From the NCBI GenBank assembly GCA_964016885.1, contig OZ024743.1:98270001-98334000 (forward strand): 64,000 bases of DNA, written 5' to 3'. The translations under genes were made by a program, and so were the position numbers. The notes beneath the pieces are model-generated. The model did not search any database. It saw nothing but the letters and a program-made list of their open reading frames with translations, and was not told the origin of the DNA. The stretch comes from Eledone cirrhosa (lineage: Eukaryota). Shown here piece by piece: positions 27,887 to 41,514 of the stretch; within the stretch, counting starts at the first letter, position 1, and each line of letters begins with the position of its first letter.

Positions 27887-28099
27887 CTGTGTGTGTGTCT
27901 GTGTGTGTATGTGTGTCTCTGTGTGTATGTGTGTGTGTGTGTGTGTACTAGTAATCATTTTCTGTTGCTCGAGTTTAAAAGTTTGAGTAACACTGATGGA
28001 GGACTGTCTTAGCATACAGTGGTTTTTGACTCAATAAGTTGGTTACTGCAAGAGATCGTTCCTAGGGTGATCCTTAGAAGGTTCCATGATCAGTAATAA

Positions 28100-28217
28100 C
28101 AATTAGATAAAGATTTACACAGATTCATAGTTGACTGTAAAAAGAGATTTACTTCATAACATTTGTTGCGAAATAATTCCCATTGTACAATCAACTGTGA
28201 ATCTGTGTAAATCTTTA

Positions 28218-28226
<9 letters not shown>
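28100..28226. repeat. Imperfect fold-back palindrome
   Basis: aattagataaagatttacacagattca... / ...tgaatctgtgtaaatctttatttaatt. Confidence 0.8.
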
Positions 28227-28249
<23 letters not shown>

Positions 28250-28254
<5 letters not shown>

Positions 28255-28630
28255 GATATTAACAAATGGAAACTATATTTATAAAACCATATCTATTTTA
28301 TTATACATATTTCAAGGATACCATGTTAAATTATGGTATGCTTTCATCAGACAAAAACAATATAAACCAGTTTTATAAATAAATATTGACGTACCCTTTC
28401 AAAATGCAACCGTTATTTTTGGAAGACATCAAGGATATCCTTGATGTCTTCCAAAAGTAACGGTTGCATTTTGGAAGGGTACGTCAATATTTATTTATTT
28501 ATAAAACTGTAAAAATATTGTATTTTGTCTGATGAAAGCATACCATAATTTAACATGGTAACCTTGAAATATGTATAATAAAATAGATATGGTTTTATAA
28601 ATATAGTTTCCATTTGTTAATATCGTATAT
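28250..28630. repeat. ~380 bp palindrome with one hammerhead per arm (28296-28356 -, 28523-28583 +)
   Basis: Centre gatatc at ~28437. Each arm reads UUUUGU-CUGAUGA-AAG..UACCA..UGGUA..CUU-GAAAU-AUGU-AUA-AUAAAA. Confidence 0.85.
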
Positions 28631-28712
28631 TTACTCCAAATACTTGTCGAGTGCTTTATATCAGTTGTAAAAATATTTGCTTGTTGTATCCCAACAATTT
28701 AAATAGAACTTT

Positions 28713-28784
<72 letters not shown>

Positions 28785-28952
28785 TAACAGATTAAAGTTT
28801 AAGAAAAGAATCGGTGCTTTCACACTTAACGTTAAGGGTGAAAGCAGCGGTTCTTTGCTTAATAAATATTTGCTCTAGGGTTCTTATATATTTGATATAT
28901 ATTTATCCTTATCGAGCCCTCTTTGAATTTTAGTCTTCATATTTATTATTAT

Positions 28953-29031
<79 letters not shown>

Positions 29032-29172
29032 GTGCCACATACCTAACATATTGTTATTACTCTGAGCTATAGGTTATCGATTTATCGATATCGTCTCCTT
29101 GAGTTCCTCGTGTTAGCCTCAGAAATAGATTTCGAAACTGCTAATCGCAGCTGCAACTTCGATTATACTCAC

Positions 29173-29227
<55 letters not shown>

Positions 29228-29264
29228 AGGAAGTTATAGTTCACTTGAAGCATTGTGTAATGAG

Positions 29265-29738
29265 GTATAAACGTTTGTATATGTATAATAAAGCCAAAAC
29301 AATGCAGGTATGGACATAGAATAAAAAATGCAAAGGCAAAAGATATTGTTGACAATTAGTCTTTTACCTTAGATTTATTTAAATGTCCTTAATTTTCGAG
29401 ATAATATCTCTTCCTCGGAGGGAAGTAAAGCGGTTAAACCAGTGTTTTAAATAGCTTGCCAAGTCATGCTGACAGGAAATGGTATAGAATATCTGTTCTA
29501 TCTCTAATGTCAAAGAGTTAGGTTAGGTGGATAAAGAGTAGTCTCCCTTTAAAAGGGGTTTTTGTACATGTCTGTTTAAGTGTGTGGGAGAATGTGTGAA
29601 TGTGTAAGTATGTGTGTGTGTGTGTGTGAGTGTGAGAAGATATGTCTATACGTAAGTGTGGGGGATAGATGTTCTCTCGTGTTAGAACTGGTCTTTGTGT
29701 GTGTATGTGTGTGAGAGAGAATAAGTGGAGGTGTAAGC

Positions 29739-29776
<38 letters not shown>

Positions 29777-30089
29777 AGATATGTCTATACGTAAGTGTGG
29801 GGGATAGATGTTCTCTCGTGTTAGAACTGGTCTTAGTGTGTGTGTGTGTGAGAGAGAATAAGTGGAGGTGTAAGCGTGTGTGTGTGTGTGCGTGTGTGTG
29901 TGTTTACGTGTGTGTGGGAGGGGGTGAGTATGGGGCTAGATGTTCTATCAAGTTATAAATTGGGTGTTGAGTTCTAGTCTATTACAACCACCAATCAATA
30001 ATAGACTAGAACTCAACACCCAATTTATAACTTGATAGAACATCTAGCCCCATACTTACACACACCCCACACACACGCACACACATACG

Positions 30090-30141
<52 letters not shown>

Positions 30142-30602
30142 TACACCTCCACTTATTCTCTCTCACACACATACACACACAAAGACCAGTTTTAACACGA
30201 GAGAACATCTATCCCCCACACTTACGTATAGACATATCTTCTCACACTCACACACACACACATACTTACACATTCACACATTCTCCCACACACTTAAACA
30301 GACATGTACAAAAACCCCTTTTAAAGGGAGACTACTCTTTATCCACCTAACCTAACTCTTTGACATTAGAGATAGAACAGATACTCTATACCAGTTCCTG
30401 TCAGCATGACTTGGCAAGCTATTTAGAACACTGGTTTAACCGCTTTACTTCCCTCCAAAGAAGAGATATTATCTCGAAAATTAAGGACATTTAAATAAAT
30501 CTAAGGTAAAAGACTAATTGTCAACAATATCTTTTATCTTTTGCATTTGAATTTTTTATTCTATGTCCATACCTGCATTGTTTTGGCTTTACAAAATCAA
30601 AC

Positions 30603-30610
<8 letters not shown>
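29265..30610. repeat. ~1.35 kb imperfect palindrome with a degenerate hammerhead in each arm (~29387-29422 -, ~30452-30487 +)
   Basis: Arms are reverse complements around ~29990, with a ~120 bp duplication in the left arm. Motif cc(g/a)a(g/a)ga-aGAGAU(auu)AUCUC-GAAA-AUUA. Confidence 0.85.
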
Positions 30611-30661
<51 letters not shown>

Positions 30662-30728
30662 TTATTCCGGGTTGAATCGGAGGTAACCACAGTAAGTAAG
30701 GTACTCAATACATAGCAGAGTATAAATG

Positions 30729-30860
30729 TTTTAATATAGAAAAGCTTCTACAGAACTAGAACTGTTTCATTCGTGAGAAATCATCAGGAAGCCAGCTTCC
30801 TGATGATTTCTCACGAATGGAACAGTTCTAGTCCTGTAGAAGCTTTTCTATATTAAAATA
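30729..30860. ncRNA. Back-to-back hammerheads forming a palindrome (30744-30792 -, core intact; 30794-30844 +, GAAA>GGAA)
   Basis: GCUUC-CUGAUGA-uUUC(ucac)GAAu-GAAACAG(8 nt)CUGUA-GAAGC. Confidence 0.8.
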
Positions 30861-30898
30861 TATGTGTGGGGGGGGGGGGGCGCGCGTGTGTGTGTACA

Positions 30899-30956
<58 letters not shown>

Positions 30957-31129
30957 CCAATATTTCGTCCATTACTGGTTTATATCATGTTTGTGTTTTG
31001 GTATTACCTTTTTTTCTATTCAGGCTAGATAGACAGAATCCAGCAAAGTTGGGTCCAAAGGAATAACCTATGCCCACTCTTTCTTTTTGTTTGTATTGCC
31101 ATGTGGGCAACGAAAAGATAATTCTGTCG

Positions 31130-31265
31130 TATCTTACCCTCTCTGGCTAATAATATTCCAAATAAACACAGCAACATATAAAATCGCTAGACATGTAGAT
31201 AGCATTGTCCAAAAATACACACCAGAAAAATATAACACACGATCCTATGAAGACTGCCTTGGCGA
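31130..31265 (+). pseudogene. Small Penelope-type RT relic
   Basis: YPLWLIIFQINTATYKIARHVDSIVQKYTPEKYNTRSYEDCL resembles the PLRPIIS..TY.LAK.L region of PLE reverse transcriptases. Confidence 0.5.
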
Positions 31266-31581
31266 AGAATTAACCCCATCTGCTGACATTGCGGTTATAC
31301 CGTGTGGCTTAAGCAGCAACTAACATAATCAATAAAGGTCTTCTAATTGATGGTCAACGTTGTGAAAGTAATGTTATGCAACTGTTTTAGGATTTCTCAA
31401 TTTACGTTAGAACTGGTTCAATTAATTCTACCCTGGAATAGATATTGAATTGTCCCACCATGTTTGGTTAATAAAAAAAAAAAGAGAAACAAACGCAAAA
31501 GTTATTTGCCAACCAGCTCGAGAATCGATTTTTTTTTTTTTTTTTATCTTAGAAAAGTGATTGAAGGCAAATGAGATTCCT

Positions 31582-31700
31582 CTATGAAATATAGTGACAG
31601 ATCCAACTGGTGCAGCTCCTTTGGTGATTGGTTACCACAGTAGATTTAATGCACACTGGGGTCACTACTGAATATATTGGTGACGCATTGCATGACTCAT
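31582..31700 (-). CDS. Putative exon 2 of a secreted orphan protein (4 Cys)
   Basis: Acceptor tatgttgcag|AT. The phase-1 frame from exon 1 is the only frame open past 12 codons: (D)ESCNASPIYSVVTPVCIKSTVVTNHQRSCTSWICHYIS*. Confidence 0.5.
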
Positions 31701-32500
31701 CTGCAACATAGTTACAAGAAGCTTTACTTTGTTTGCTCATTGCAATACGTCAGGAGAGCAATTAACAAAACAATAAACAATTTTCTTAGTCTCATTATTC
31801 TAGCAACCGTGCAAACAATACAATGAAGAATTTAATTGCTTATTATTCTACACTGAAGTTAGCTGTCGCAGACGCCTGTTTGAGTCACTTTTATAGTTTT
31901 TTGTTGACATTTTTAAGATTCTTTGAAAACAAAGATATTTTAGTGTGAGAAAACTTAGACTTGAAATTCATTTAACTTATACGTTAGATTTAGATTTAAT
32001 GAAATTAAGTTACAGTGGTTAGATGAACTACATTTCATTAAAGTCAATGCTGATATGAGTATATTTGTTTTAAAACGTATTCTGAAATGGGGAGAAATTT
32101 ACCAGTTTCTTACGTTTTTGTCATTGTACTCAAGAAACAAAGATATATGGTGTCGCCCAGGTTTATATTATTTGGAAGTGTTATGTAAGAGTTGAAGTTA
32201 TTCACGCTATGAAGATTCCAGATGGGATTTTATTTCTATTTTCAAGTGTTGAGCAAAACGAAATGCAGTTATAAAAATTAATTGAAAAATCAACAACAAA
32301 GGGTAGAAGCTAAAATTTCAGAATATACATATTTTCTGTCACAGCATCAAATAATATATATTTATTCTAGCTTATTCTACATTATGGAAAACTTCATAAT
32401 TGTTTCCATCGTTATATTAGTTGAATGTGTATTTAGTGTCATTATGGGCTCTTTAACAAAAATGAAAAATTCACTGCAAATAGTCGAATTTAATTGAATT

Positions 32501-32581
32501 AGGTCTCATCATATCAAACCTAGTCTCATCATATCAAACCTAGTCTCATCATATCAAACCTAGTCTCATCATACCAGTCTC
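32501..32581. repeat. 20-bp tandem repeat (~3.6 copies)
   Basis: tagtctcatcatatcaaacc repeated. Confidence 0.9.
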
Positions 32582-32933
32582 ACAATTCACATTAATAGAT
32601 CAAGTAAATTTAGATACTTTTATATAATTATATTTTATTTATATAACAAATTCTTAGATTAAAAAATTATAAAATTTTAATTTTTAAAGTATCTTTTTTC
32701 TGAACTTTTTGTGGGCGGACACCGATAGAATATACTTTCTAAAGTGGAAGGAATCATAAAATGTTTAGGAAACTCTACTTTAGGCAAACACGCCCCAACA
32801 AGAAACTTGGGCTAGCAATTGAGTGAATCATCACCTTCGAATAAATAAACAAATATTTATATATATATAAATGGAATAGAATGAAACGAAATTTCATTTC
32901 TCACTCTTAGTAATGTATGTATATACATACATA

Positions 32934-32978
<45 letters not shown>

Positions 32979-33246
32979 ATACAGAATAATGTGCTCATGC
33001 GCAATGCTATAAAATAGCTTATAAAATAAGATGAAAACCTTTAAAGACGGAAAAAGAAATTGACATCGGCCGCTACGAGGAAATGAACATCATATCTCAA
33101 AGATACCCAGATATATTAAAATGTTAGTTTGTTAAAATAAATAAATACGCATGCGCACTCATATATACAAACAAGCGAACGATTTCACGCAAACCTTATA
33201 CATCTAACTTAAATAGTAAAAATTAAGTTTAATTTCTGTAACTTAC

Positions 33247-33538
33247 CTTGAGGCTTTGTAAGTAAACTCGTCTGATTATCCAATTTTGCTTCCATTCGGC
33301 TCAAATCGGCTATCAGGCGGTGTTCGACGAGGCCTGTGTGGTTTTCTAAGATTGTATCGAGTACATTGAAGTAGACACGAAGTCGTACTTCCACAGCTTC
33401 TGCAATAACATCAACTAGCTGACCTATACTGACCACATTTCGTGGTCGACGGTCTAATACACCTCTCACATACTGACTTCCTCCCGTCGACGTTAAGATA
33501 TATACTGTAAAGGTTACCCACCACAGAAAACGGTACAT
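33247..33538 (-). CDS. Putative exon 1 of a secreted protein (signal peptide, amphipathic/coiled-coil helix)
   Basis: aaaATG start, hydrophobic N-terminus MYRFLWWVTFTVYILTSTGG, non-repetitive composition, consensus donor CAAG|GTAAGT at 33247/33246, repeat-poor surroundings. Confidence 0.7.
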
Positions 33539-34839
33539 TTTATTGCCGTCGTTCAGATGTTGCCACTTCTACAATGTTGTTATATGTACCTTACTGTTGC
33601 TTTAATATAATACGTATATTGAGTTAATAGAAAACTAATAGTTTGAGAAATCACAGTATAGAATATCTTTTAGTGTTAAGTTATTAATACGTCTGTTTTA
33701 TAAATCCCTTATCAAAATCCTTAATATATTTTGTCTTGATTAGGGTCCTTTAATTGACGTGATGCCATGGAGATATGTTTCGATGTTAAAATGTAGCTTA
33801 CATTTAAATTTTCTTTCCTTTTTCCGAGAGATGCTGAAGATACCTAAACACGCGTGGATTATTCACAGATTCTCCACATAGCCATAGGTAAATGTTCACA
33901 TAGATGATTCTTTTGATTCGTTTTTCATACAGAATAAACGTCTTGTTGATACAGTTTTAATCAATCAATTTGTAGCAATTATATTTTATCATTAAAACAA
34001 AAAAGAAACAAGTTTAGACAGTAGATTCATTTGATTATAGTTTTGTTTTTGATTTGTTTTTAAATCTTACCTCTGGAGGTAAATGTAATTGTTTACTTAT
34101 TACAAGGTCATAGTTTAAAACAGGCAATTGTTCAAAACATCATCTCATTATAATACTAATTAGATTTTGCTTCTTTGCATATTAGCCTCCCATTTCAAGA
34201 ACGTATCGATTAAGAAGTAATTAAACAAAATCCTTTAAAGCGGAATAATTTCGTTTTGTTGAAGCCACCAATAAAAACGTTTCCTATCATTTCAATAGAT
34301 ATTATACCTTGGGGCCAATAATCAGAATTGCGTTGTGTGTTTTCTTTCCAGGTATTATAGTGCATACATTTTAACCAGAAATATAAAGGGAGTTGATTCA
34401 CATGGAAATTCGTTAGCATTTATGAAGAAACATTTATATCTTAATTATATATTTGTGGTAACAGGATATTGCAATTGATCTAGTCGTTCTTGTTTGATGT
34501 TTTATTATAGATGCGAAACTTTCTTTTTACCTGTTCTTGATGAACATATTACGCGATGACAATAAAATTCCTGAGAGATAAATGTTCACCAAATATAGAC
34601 GATGTTAAACAAGAAACCATTGTTACTGCCAACGATAACTGAAGTAGTGTTTCGGGTTTCTACCAGAGAATTATTTGTTTTCAGTAATGAACCCACCTTG
34701 TAATTGTCATCTAACCAGTCATCGACTTGCCAAAACACCTACCTACCTCCACTGACTGAGGACATCGGTGTCAACCAATGGCTTTAATTTACTCTCCATT
34801 GGTCTCCACCCCAGTCTCCTCCTCCTCCTGTTCTCTACC

Positions 34840-34871
<32 letters not shown>

Positions 34872-35048
34872 TGTATGTATGTATGTATGTATGTATGTAT
34901 ATAAGTATGTACATATGTATGTATGTATGTGCGTATGTATGTATGTAGTTATGTGTGTATGCTTGTATGTATCTGTGTATGTATGTATGTATGTAAATAT
35001 GTATGTATATAAGTATGTACATATGCATGTATGTATATAAGTATGTAC

Positions 35049-35079
<31 letters not shown>

Positions 35080-35431
35080 TGTATGTATGTATGTATGTAT
35101 GTATGTATATAGGTATGTACATATGTATGTATGTATGTATGTATATAAGTATGTACATATGTATGTATGTGCGTATGTATATATGTATGTATGTAGTTAT
35201 GTATGTATGCTTGTATGTATGTGTGTATGTATGTATGTAAGTATGTATGTATGTAAATGTATGTATGTGTATGTATGTATGTATGCATGTATATTTAGGT
35301 ATGTAAGTATATATGTATGTATGTATATGTAGGTATGTATGTATATATGTATGTATGTATATGTAGGCATGTATGTATGTATATATGTATGTATGCATGT
35401 ATGTATATTTATGTATGTATATATATATGTA

Positions 35432-36770
35432 TGTCGGGTCACTCTTGAGTGCTACTGATAACATGTAACCCAGTACAACCTGTCACATGGTCAGGTCGTC
35501 GTCGACTAAACCGGCAACACCACCAAGTATACTTGGTGAAGAGTATGATTTGGGACACCCAGCAGGACAAAAAACAAAACCTGACAAAGGGCGGAAGAAC
35601 ACATAAGGGTCAACGGCCATCCAAAAGTGTGTAAATATGTATATACACATGTACATGTGTATGTATATGTATATATGTATATACATGGGTGCATGTGTAT
35701 GTATATGCGCGGGGACATAGAAATAATCGGGCTGGATACACGATCGCGCGGTTAAACCACTGGGAGTGAAGGACCCCTAGCCTTTGTCCGGGCATTCTTC
35801 TAGAAGGCAACTCAGGAAACTGGGATAACTGCGATATAAAACCTGCGGCTCAATAGTTACCGATGATGTTGATCTTTTCTTCTTTTCGGGTTATAGCTAC
35901 TGTCGCTCAGAGAGTGGGATTGGCTCAGTGCACAGTCTTTCCTCACTTTAAAAAATATCTTCACGCAGAGGCATTGCACGATAGAATTAATTGATAATTA
36001 TTATAATGGTATATCGTGCAATGGCCATACTCGATAACGAGGAGGCAGCCATCATGCATGTATGTATGTATGTATGTATGTATGTATGTATGTATGTATG
36101 TATGTATGGAGAGATGACCCCTTAGCCTTTGTCAAGGCAGAATTCTAGGAGAAGGAAAACTCTGATATAACACCTGCAACCCTGATGGTATCCAATGATG
36201 TTGACTTGTTCTTCTTTTTGGTAAATATCATCTTGGTTAAGAGAGTGGGACTGGCTTTGTGCAGTGCCTTTGCTCACTATAAAAGCTTCACAGCACAGGC
36301 ATTGCTTTATATCTGGAGATCTCTCTGCACTTGTCGTCACATGGTACCATGCGCCCAGCACTATGTGTCAATAATTATCACAAGTGTAGTGTTTGTACCA
36401 GAGTTTTCAAGTCGCTGGCTGGACTAAAAAGTCACACTCGTTCAGCGCATTGGTAGGGGTTCCCCTACATGGATATAAAGTAGTGGCCGTACTCGAAAAC
36501 GAGTTGGCAGCCACCATGTATGTATGTATGTATGTATGTATGTATGTATGTATGTATGTATGTATGTATGTATGTCAGGTCGCTCTCGAGTTCTACTGGT
36601 AACATGTAACCCAGTGTTCAACCTGTCTCATGGTCGGGTCGTCGGCGACTAAACCGGCAACTCCACCAAGCTTGCTTGGTGAGGAGGGTGATATTTGAAT
36701 TAATTGATAATTATTAATAATGGTATATCGTGCAATGGCCATACTCGATAACGAGGGGGCAGCTATCATG
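35432..36770 (+). mobile_element. Cluster of RTE-derived non-autonomous elements (35432-36056, 36108-36518, 36573-36770) separated by (ATGT)n
   Basis: Same 5' leader and type A/B tails as 990-2629. Confidence 0.8.
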
Positions 36771-37244
36771 TATGTATGTATGTATGTAATATGTATGTAT
36801 ATATATATATGTAGGTGTGTATATATGTATGTATGTATATATATGTAGGTATGTATGTATGTAATATGTATATATATGTGTAGGTGTATATATATGTATG
36901 TATGTATATATATGTAGGTGTGTATATATGTATGTAATATGTATGTATGTATATATATATGTAGGGGTGTATGTATGTAACATGTATGTATATGTAGGTG
37001 TGTATGTAGGTGTGTATGTATGTAATATGTATGTATATATATGTAGGTGTGTATATATGTATGTATATGTAGGTGTATATATATGTATGTAATATGTATG
37101 TATGTATATGTAGGTGTGTATGCTAATCTATTTATGTATACATAGGTTAGCAGGTAGATTCTTTCGTTTATATTCTTATTTGAGCACATGTTAGTATGTG
37201 TGGTCGAGTAGTTTTGTATATACTAAATATATGAATATATATAT

Positions 37245-38364
37245 ATATAAATGAGAGGTATAGAGATTGTTTTAGCAAGAAGCTAACGGCATTCTATAAC
37301 ATATATGCGACTATAACGTCAAGATGGGAAAAGTAGTTAACGAAAGATTTAGGAAAAATAACTCAAACTCATCTCAAAAGAGAATCAGGATATAAATTCA
37401 TCCACAGAATTTAGTAAAATCCAGGGAAAATCTATAGTCCTTTAATTCATGATAAAATAAAGTTCGAAACACTTATCCTTCAATTTGGAATAACATCAAA
37501 TGCTCTGTATAGTCTTAAAAGACTATTTCATGAAAACTTTCAGTGGAGATGGTCACGGTTGGAATTTCAATCATCAGCAGAGCTCAACAGAAAACCAGGG
37601 CTCTCACAGTAATATAATCCGAAAAAGGGAATTCTAAAACTGGCTAGTTCGCCTTCATGTGTATTTATGAAAAAGCACATGAGGAAAAAACGGGGCTAGT
37701 GACGTCAGGATGGAAGTGAATGTTTATTTACAAGAAATAGCAGTCAAATACATTCTGAAAAAAAACTCTACAAAGGAGTTCAGCAAAATAGCAATAATTA
37801 TCACAGTTTTTATGAAAAAAACCGGGATTAGTCACAGATAGTTTAAGCACTCTAGGAAAAGAATCCGAGTATAAATATAAATGAGAGGTATAGAGATTGT
37901 TTTAGCAAGAAGCTAACGGCATTCTATAACATATATGCGACTATAACGTCAAGATGGGAAAAGTAGTTAACGAAAGATTTAGGAAAAATAACTCAAACTC
38001 ATCTCAAAAGAGAATCAGGATATAAATTCATCCACAGAATTTAGTAAAATCCAGGGAAAATCTATAGACCTTTAACTCATGATATATATATATATATATA
38101 TATATATACTCATGAATATATATATATATAAGCACTCTAGGAAAAGAATCCGAGTATAAATATAAATGAGAGGTATAGAGATTGTTTTAGCAAGAAGCTA
38201 ACGGCATTCTATAACATATATGCGACTATAACGTCAAGATGGGAAAAGTAGTTAACGAAAGATTTAGGAAAAATAACTCAAACTCATCTCAAAAGAGAAT
38301 CAGGATATAAATTCATCCACAGAATTTAGTAAAATCCAGGGAAAATCTATAGACCTTTAACTCA

Positions 38365-38367
<3 letters not shown>
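37245..38367 (-). mobile_element. Partially tandem 630-bp element with ~205-bp direct repeats (starts ~37248, 37878, 38163)
   Basis: aaatgagaggtatagagattg...tcatga occurs three times. Bounded by (AT)n. Confidence 0.8.
37502..37583 (-). ncRNA. Type I hammerhead ribozyme with all three stems strong
   Basis: GCUCUG-CUGAUGA-uUGAAA...UUUCAu-GAAA-UAGUCU(uuua)AGACUA-UA-CAGAGC. Confidence 0.85.
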
Positions 38368-38428
<61 letters not shown>

Positions 38429-38500
38429 AGTGTGGGTCTATATTATGTATGTATATATGTACGTATATATGCACACACATATATATGTACATACACACAC

Positions 38501-38557
<57 letters not shown>

Positions 38558-38560
<3 letters not shown>

Positions 38561-39357
38561 TTGGGGAGGGTAATATTGTTGTAATAATATTGCCAGAATT
38601 AATAACAGAACACACTCACTTTTTAGTGGTTTACGCTTCTGTATCTTTTATATCAGTTAATTTATTCGGTCCTCAATGTTTACCATTAACTGACCAACGG
38701 TCAAAAATACAGATATAATATAGACACAAACACATATATATAGTCTAACAAAGTTCTTTCGTTGCACATCTGCAACATCGTCAGTGGTGCTATTATGTTT
38801 CTTCCTGTTGTATTGTATGTCTACGCCATATTTATTTAATCTGTTTATTTATTTATTTATTTTTGTCTTCTCTGCGCATCCGTTTGCGTGTGTGTATAGT
38901 GTTTGATGTGTGTTCGTGTTTGGGTGACTGTGTTTTAGTTATTGTATTCTATCTTAGTTTACTAATGTGTGTTTATATGTGTTTGTTGTTATTATGCTTG
39001 TGTATGTATTTATTTATTTATTTATTTATTTATTTATATTTCTCTTAGGTCAGTATTGTTTGTTTGGGTGTTGTTGTTATTGCAACAACAACACCAGAGA
39101 AGAAGACAAAAATAAAAAAATAAATATACAGATTAAATAAAGATGGCGTAGACATACAATACAACAGGAGGAAACATAATAGCACCACTGACGATGTTGT
39201 AGATGTGCAACGAAAGAACTTTGTTAGACTATATATATGTGTTTGTGTCTATATTATATATGTATTTTTGACCGTTGGTCAGTCAATGGTAAACATTGAG
39301 GACCGAATAAATTAACTGATATAAAAGATACAGAAGCGTAAACCAACCAAACAGTGA
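38558..39357. mobile_element. Head-to-head inverted pair of solo pLTR-like elements (11191 family), hammerhead motifs ~38741-38792 (-) and ~39180-39231 (+)
   Basis: Inversion point ~39082 (gttgttgttattgcaacaacaac). Confidence 0.8.
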
Positions 39358-40155
39358 CTTTGAATAAATAATGAATGAATATTACATAATTTATCTACTA
39401 AATTTCGTAAAAACAAATAATTTAAAATTGACTTCTTTTCAAAGCTGCACTTCCAGTATATCGCTGCCACCATTACCACTTCAACTACCATATATATAGA
39501 AAGAGAGAGTGTGTGATGTCAAAACTTCCGGTGGCGATCACTTAAATAAACATACTAATTTTCTGTCACTAATTTTCTCCTAATGCAGTTTATATATAAT
39601 ATCGTCTTTTTTTAATGTATCGTGGATTACGTTACTGATTACATAAGACAGTGTAACACAGTATTCGTTCAATTTCTGTATATATTGTCAATTACGATTT
39701 TATTTGATGTATCATATCTACATGTATATATACTTGCGTATAATATCAATATACACACTACACATGCTAACAGAAAACCACCCGAAAGGTTGGTTTTTCT
39801 GCTAGTATATATATATATATAATTAATAAATTAAACAAAATAAAACTCGCACACACACACACATGTAATGAGCTACAGCTAGATACTGCACAGTATTTTG
39901 TCCAATTCTGCCAATTCATCGCCCTTGGACAATAATAATAATAATGATGATTTCTACTATAAGCACAAGGCCAGCAATTTTGGGAAAGTCGATTAAAACG
40001 ACCTATTTTTATCTTTATAGCATTTCTCAGCTTGAGCACTTTCTTTATATATATATATATATATATATAGGTATATTTTTATGATGTCTACCTGTTATTA
40101 TTCATTCTTTATATATATATATATATATATAATGGATAATATATATATATAGAAG

Positions 40156-40206
40156 AGCTTCTACAGGACTAGAGCTGTTTCATTCATGAGAAATCATCAG
40201 GAAGCT
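40156..40206 (-). ncRNA. Type I hammerhead ribozyme (30744 family)
   Basis: AGCUUC-CUGAUGA-uUUC(ucau)GAAu-GAAACAG(cucuaguc)CUGUA-GAAGCU. Confidence 0.8.
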
Positions 40207-40377
40207 GGCTGTCCAAGTAAGTAGTGGTATTTATATCGTTTCTTTTCTGGTGGTATGAGAGGGTGGGGATTGTGATGGGTGGAGGTCATTGGTTGAAGGA
40301 TTTAAAGAAAAGGGAGTTCATTAAAAGCTAATTCTTTAAAGCTATAACATTAACAAAGGCAGATATGTATGTATATA

Positions 40378-40514
<137 letters not shown>

Positions 40515-40523
40515 TTATATATG

Positions 40524-40608
<85 letters not shown>

Positions 40609-40623
40609 ATGTATGTGTATGTA

Positions 40624-40654
<31 letters not shown>

Positions 40655-40656
40655 TA

Positions 40657-41269
40657 TGTCAGGTCACCACTTGGTGCTACTGGTAACATGTATCCCAGTA
40701 CAACCTGTCTTATGGTCGGGTCGTTGGCGACTAAACTGGCAACCCCACCAAGGTTTCTTGGTGAGGAGGGTGACTTTTGGACATCCTGCAGGACTAAAAA
40801 CAAAACCTGTCAAAAGGGCAAAGGAGCTCTTAAGAGTCAATGGCCATCCAAAATCACCGGGAGAGATGACCCCTTAGCCTTTGTCAAGGCAGAATTCTAG
40901 GAGAAGGAAAACTCTGATATAACACCTGCAACCCTGATGGTATCCAATGATGTTGACTTGTTCTTCTTTTTCTTATATATCATCTTGGTTTAGAGAGTGG
41001 GACTGGCTTTGTGCAGTGCCTTTGCTCACTATAAAAGCTTCAGGGCACAGGCATTGCTTTATATCTGGAGATCTCTCTGCACTTGTCGTCACATGGTACC
41101 ATGGGCCTAGCACTATGTGTCAATAATTGTCACAGGTGTAGTGTTTGTACCAGAGTTTTCAAGTCGCTGGCTGAACTAAAATGTCACACTCGTTCAGCGC
41201 ATCGGTAGGGGTTCTCCTACATGGATATAAGGTAGTGGCCATACTCGAAAACGAGTTGGCAGCCACCAT
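40657..41269 (+). mobile_element. Non-autonomous RTE-derived element; diverged relative at 43225-43713
   Basis: Near-identical to 2026-2629. Confidence 0.8.
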
Positions 41270-41455
41270 ATGTGTATATATAAATATGTGTGTATATATA
41301 TATGTCTGTGTGTGTGTATTGTATGTATGTGTGTATATGTGTGTGTATGTCTATATGTATGTGTGCATATATGTGTATATATGTGTGTATGTGTATGTAT
41401 ATATATATATATATGTGTGTATTTATGGATACGTATGTATGTACATATGTGTGTA

Positions 41456-41514
<59 letters not shown>

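Noticed and set aside
27985-28035. Additional ctga.ga motifs (27992, 33835, ~43940 minus, 56175, 57955)
   Set aside because: The GAAA box or pairing stems are missing, so they are too degenerate to call.
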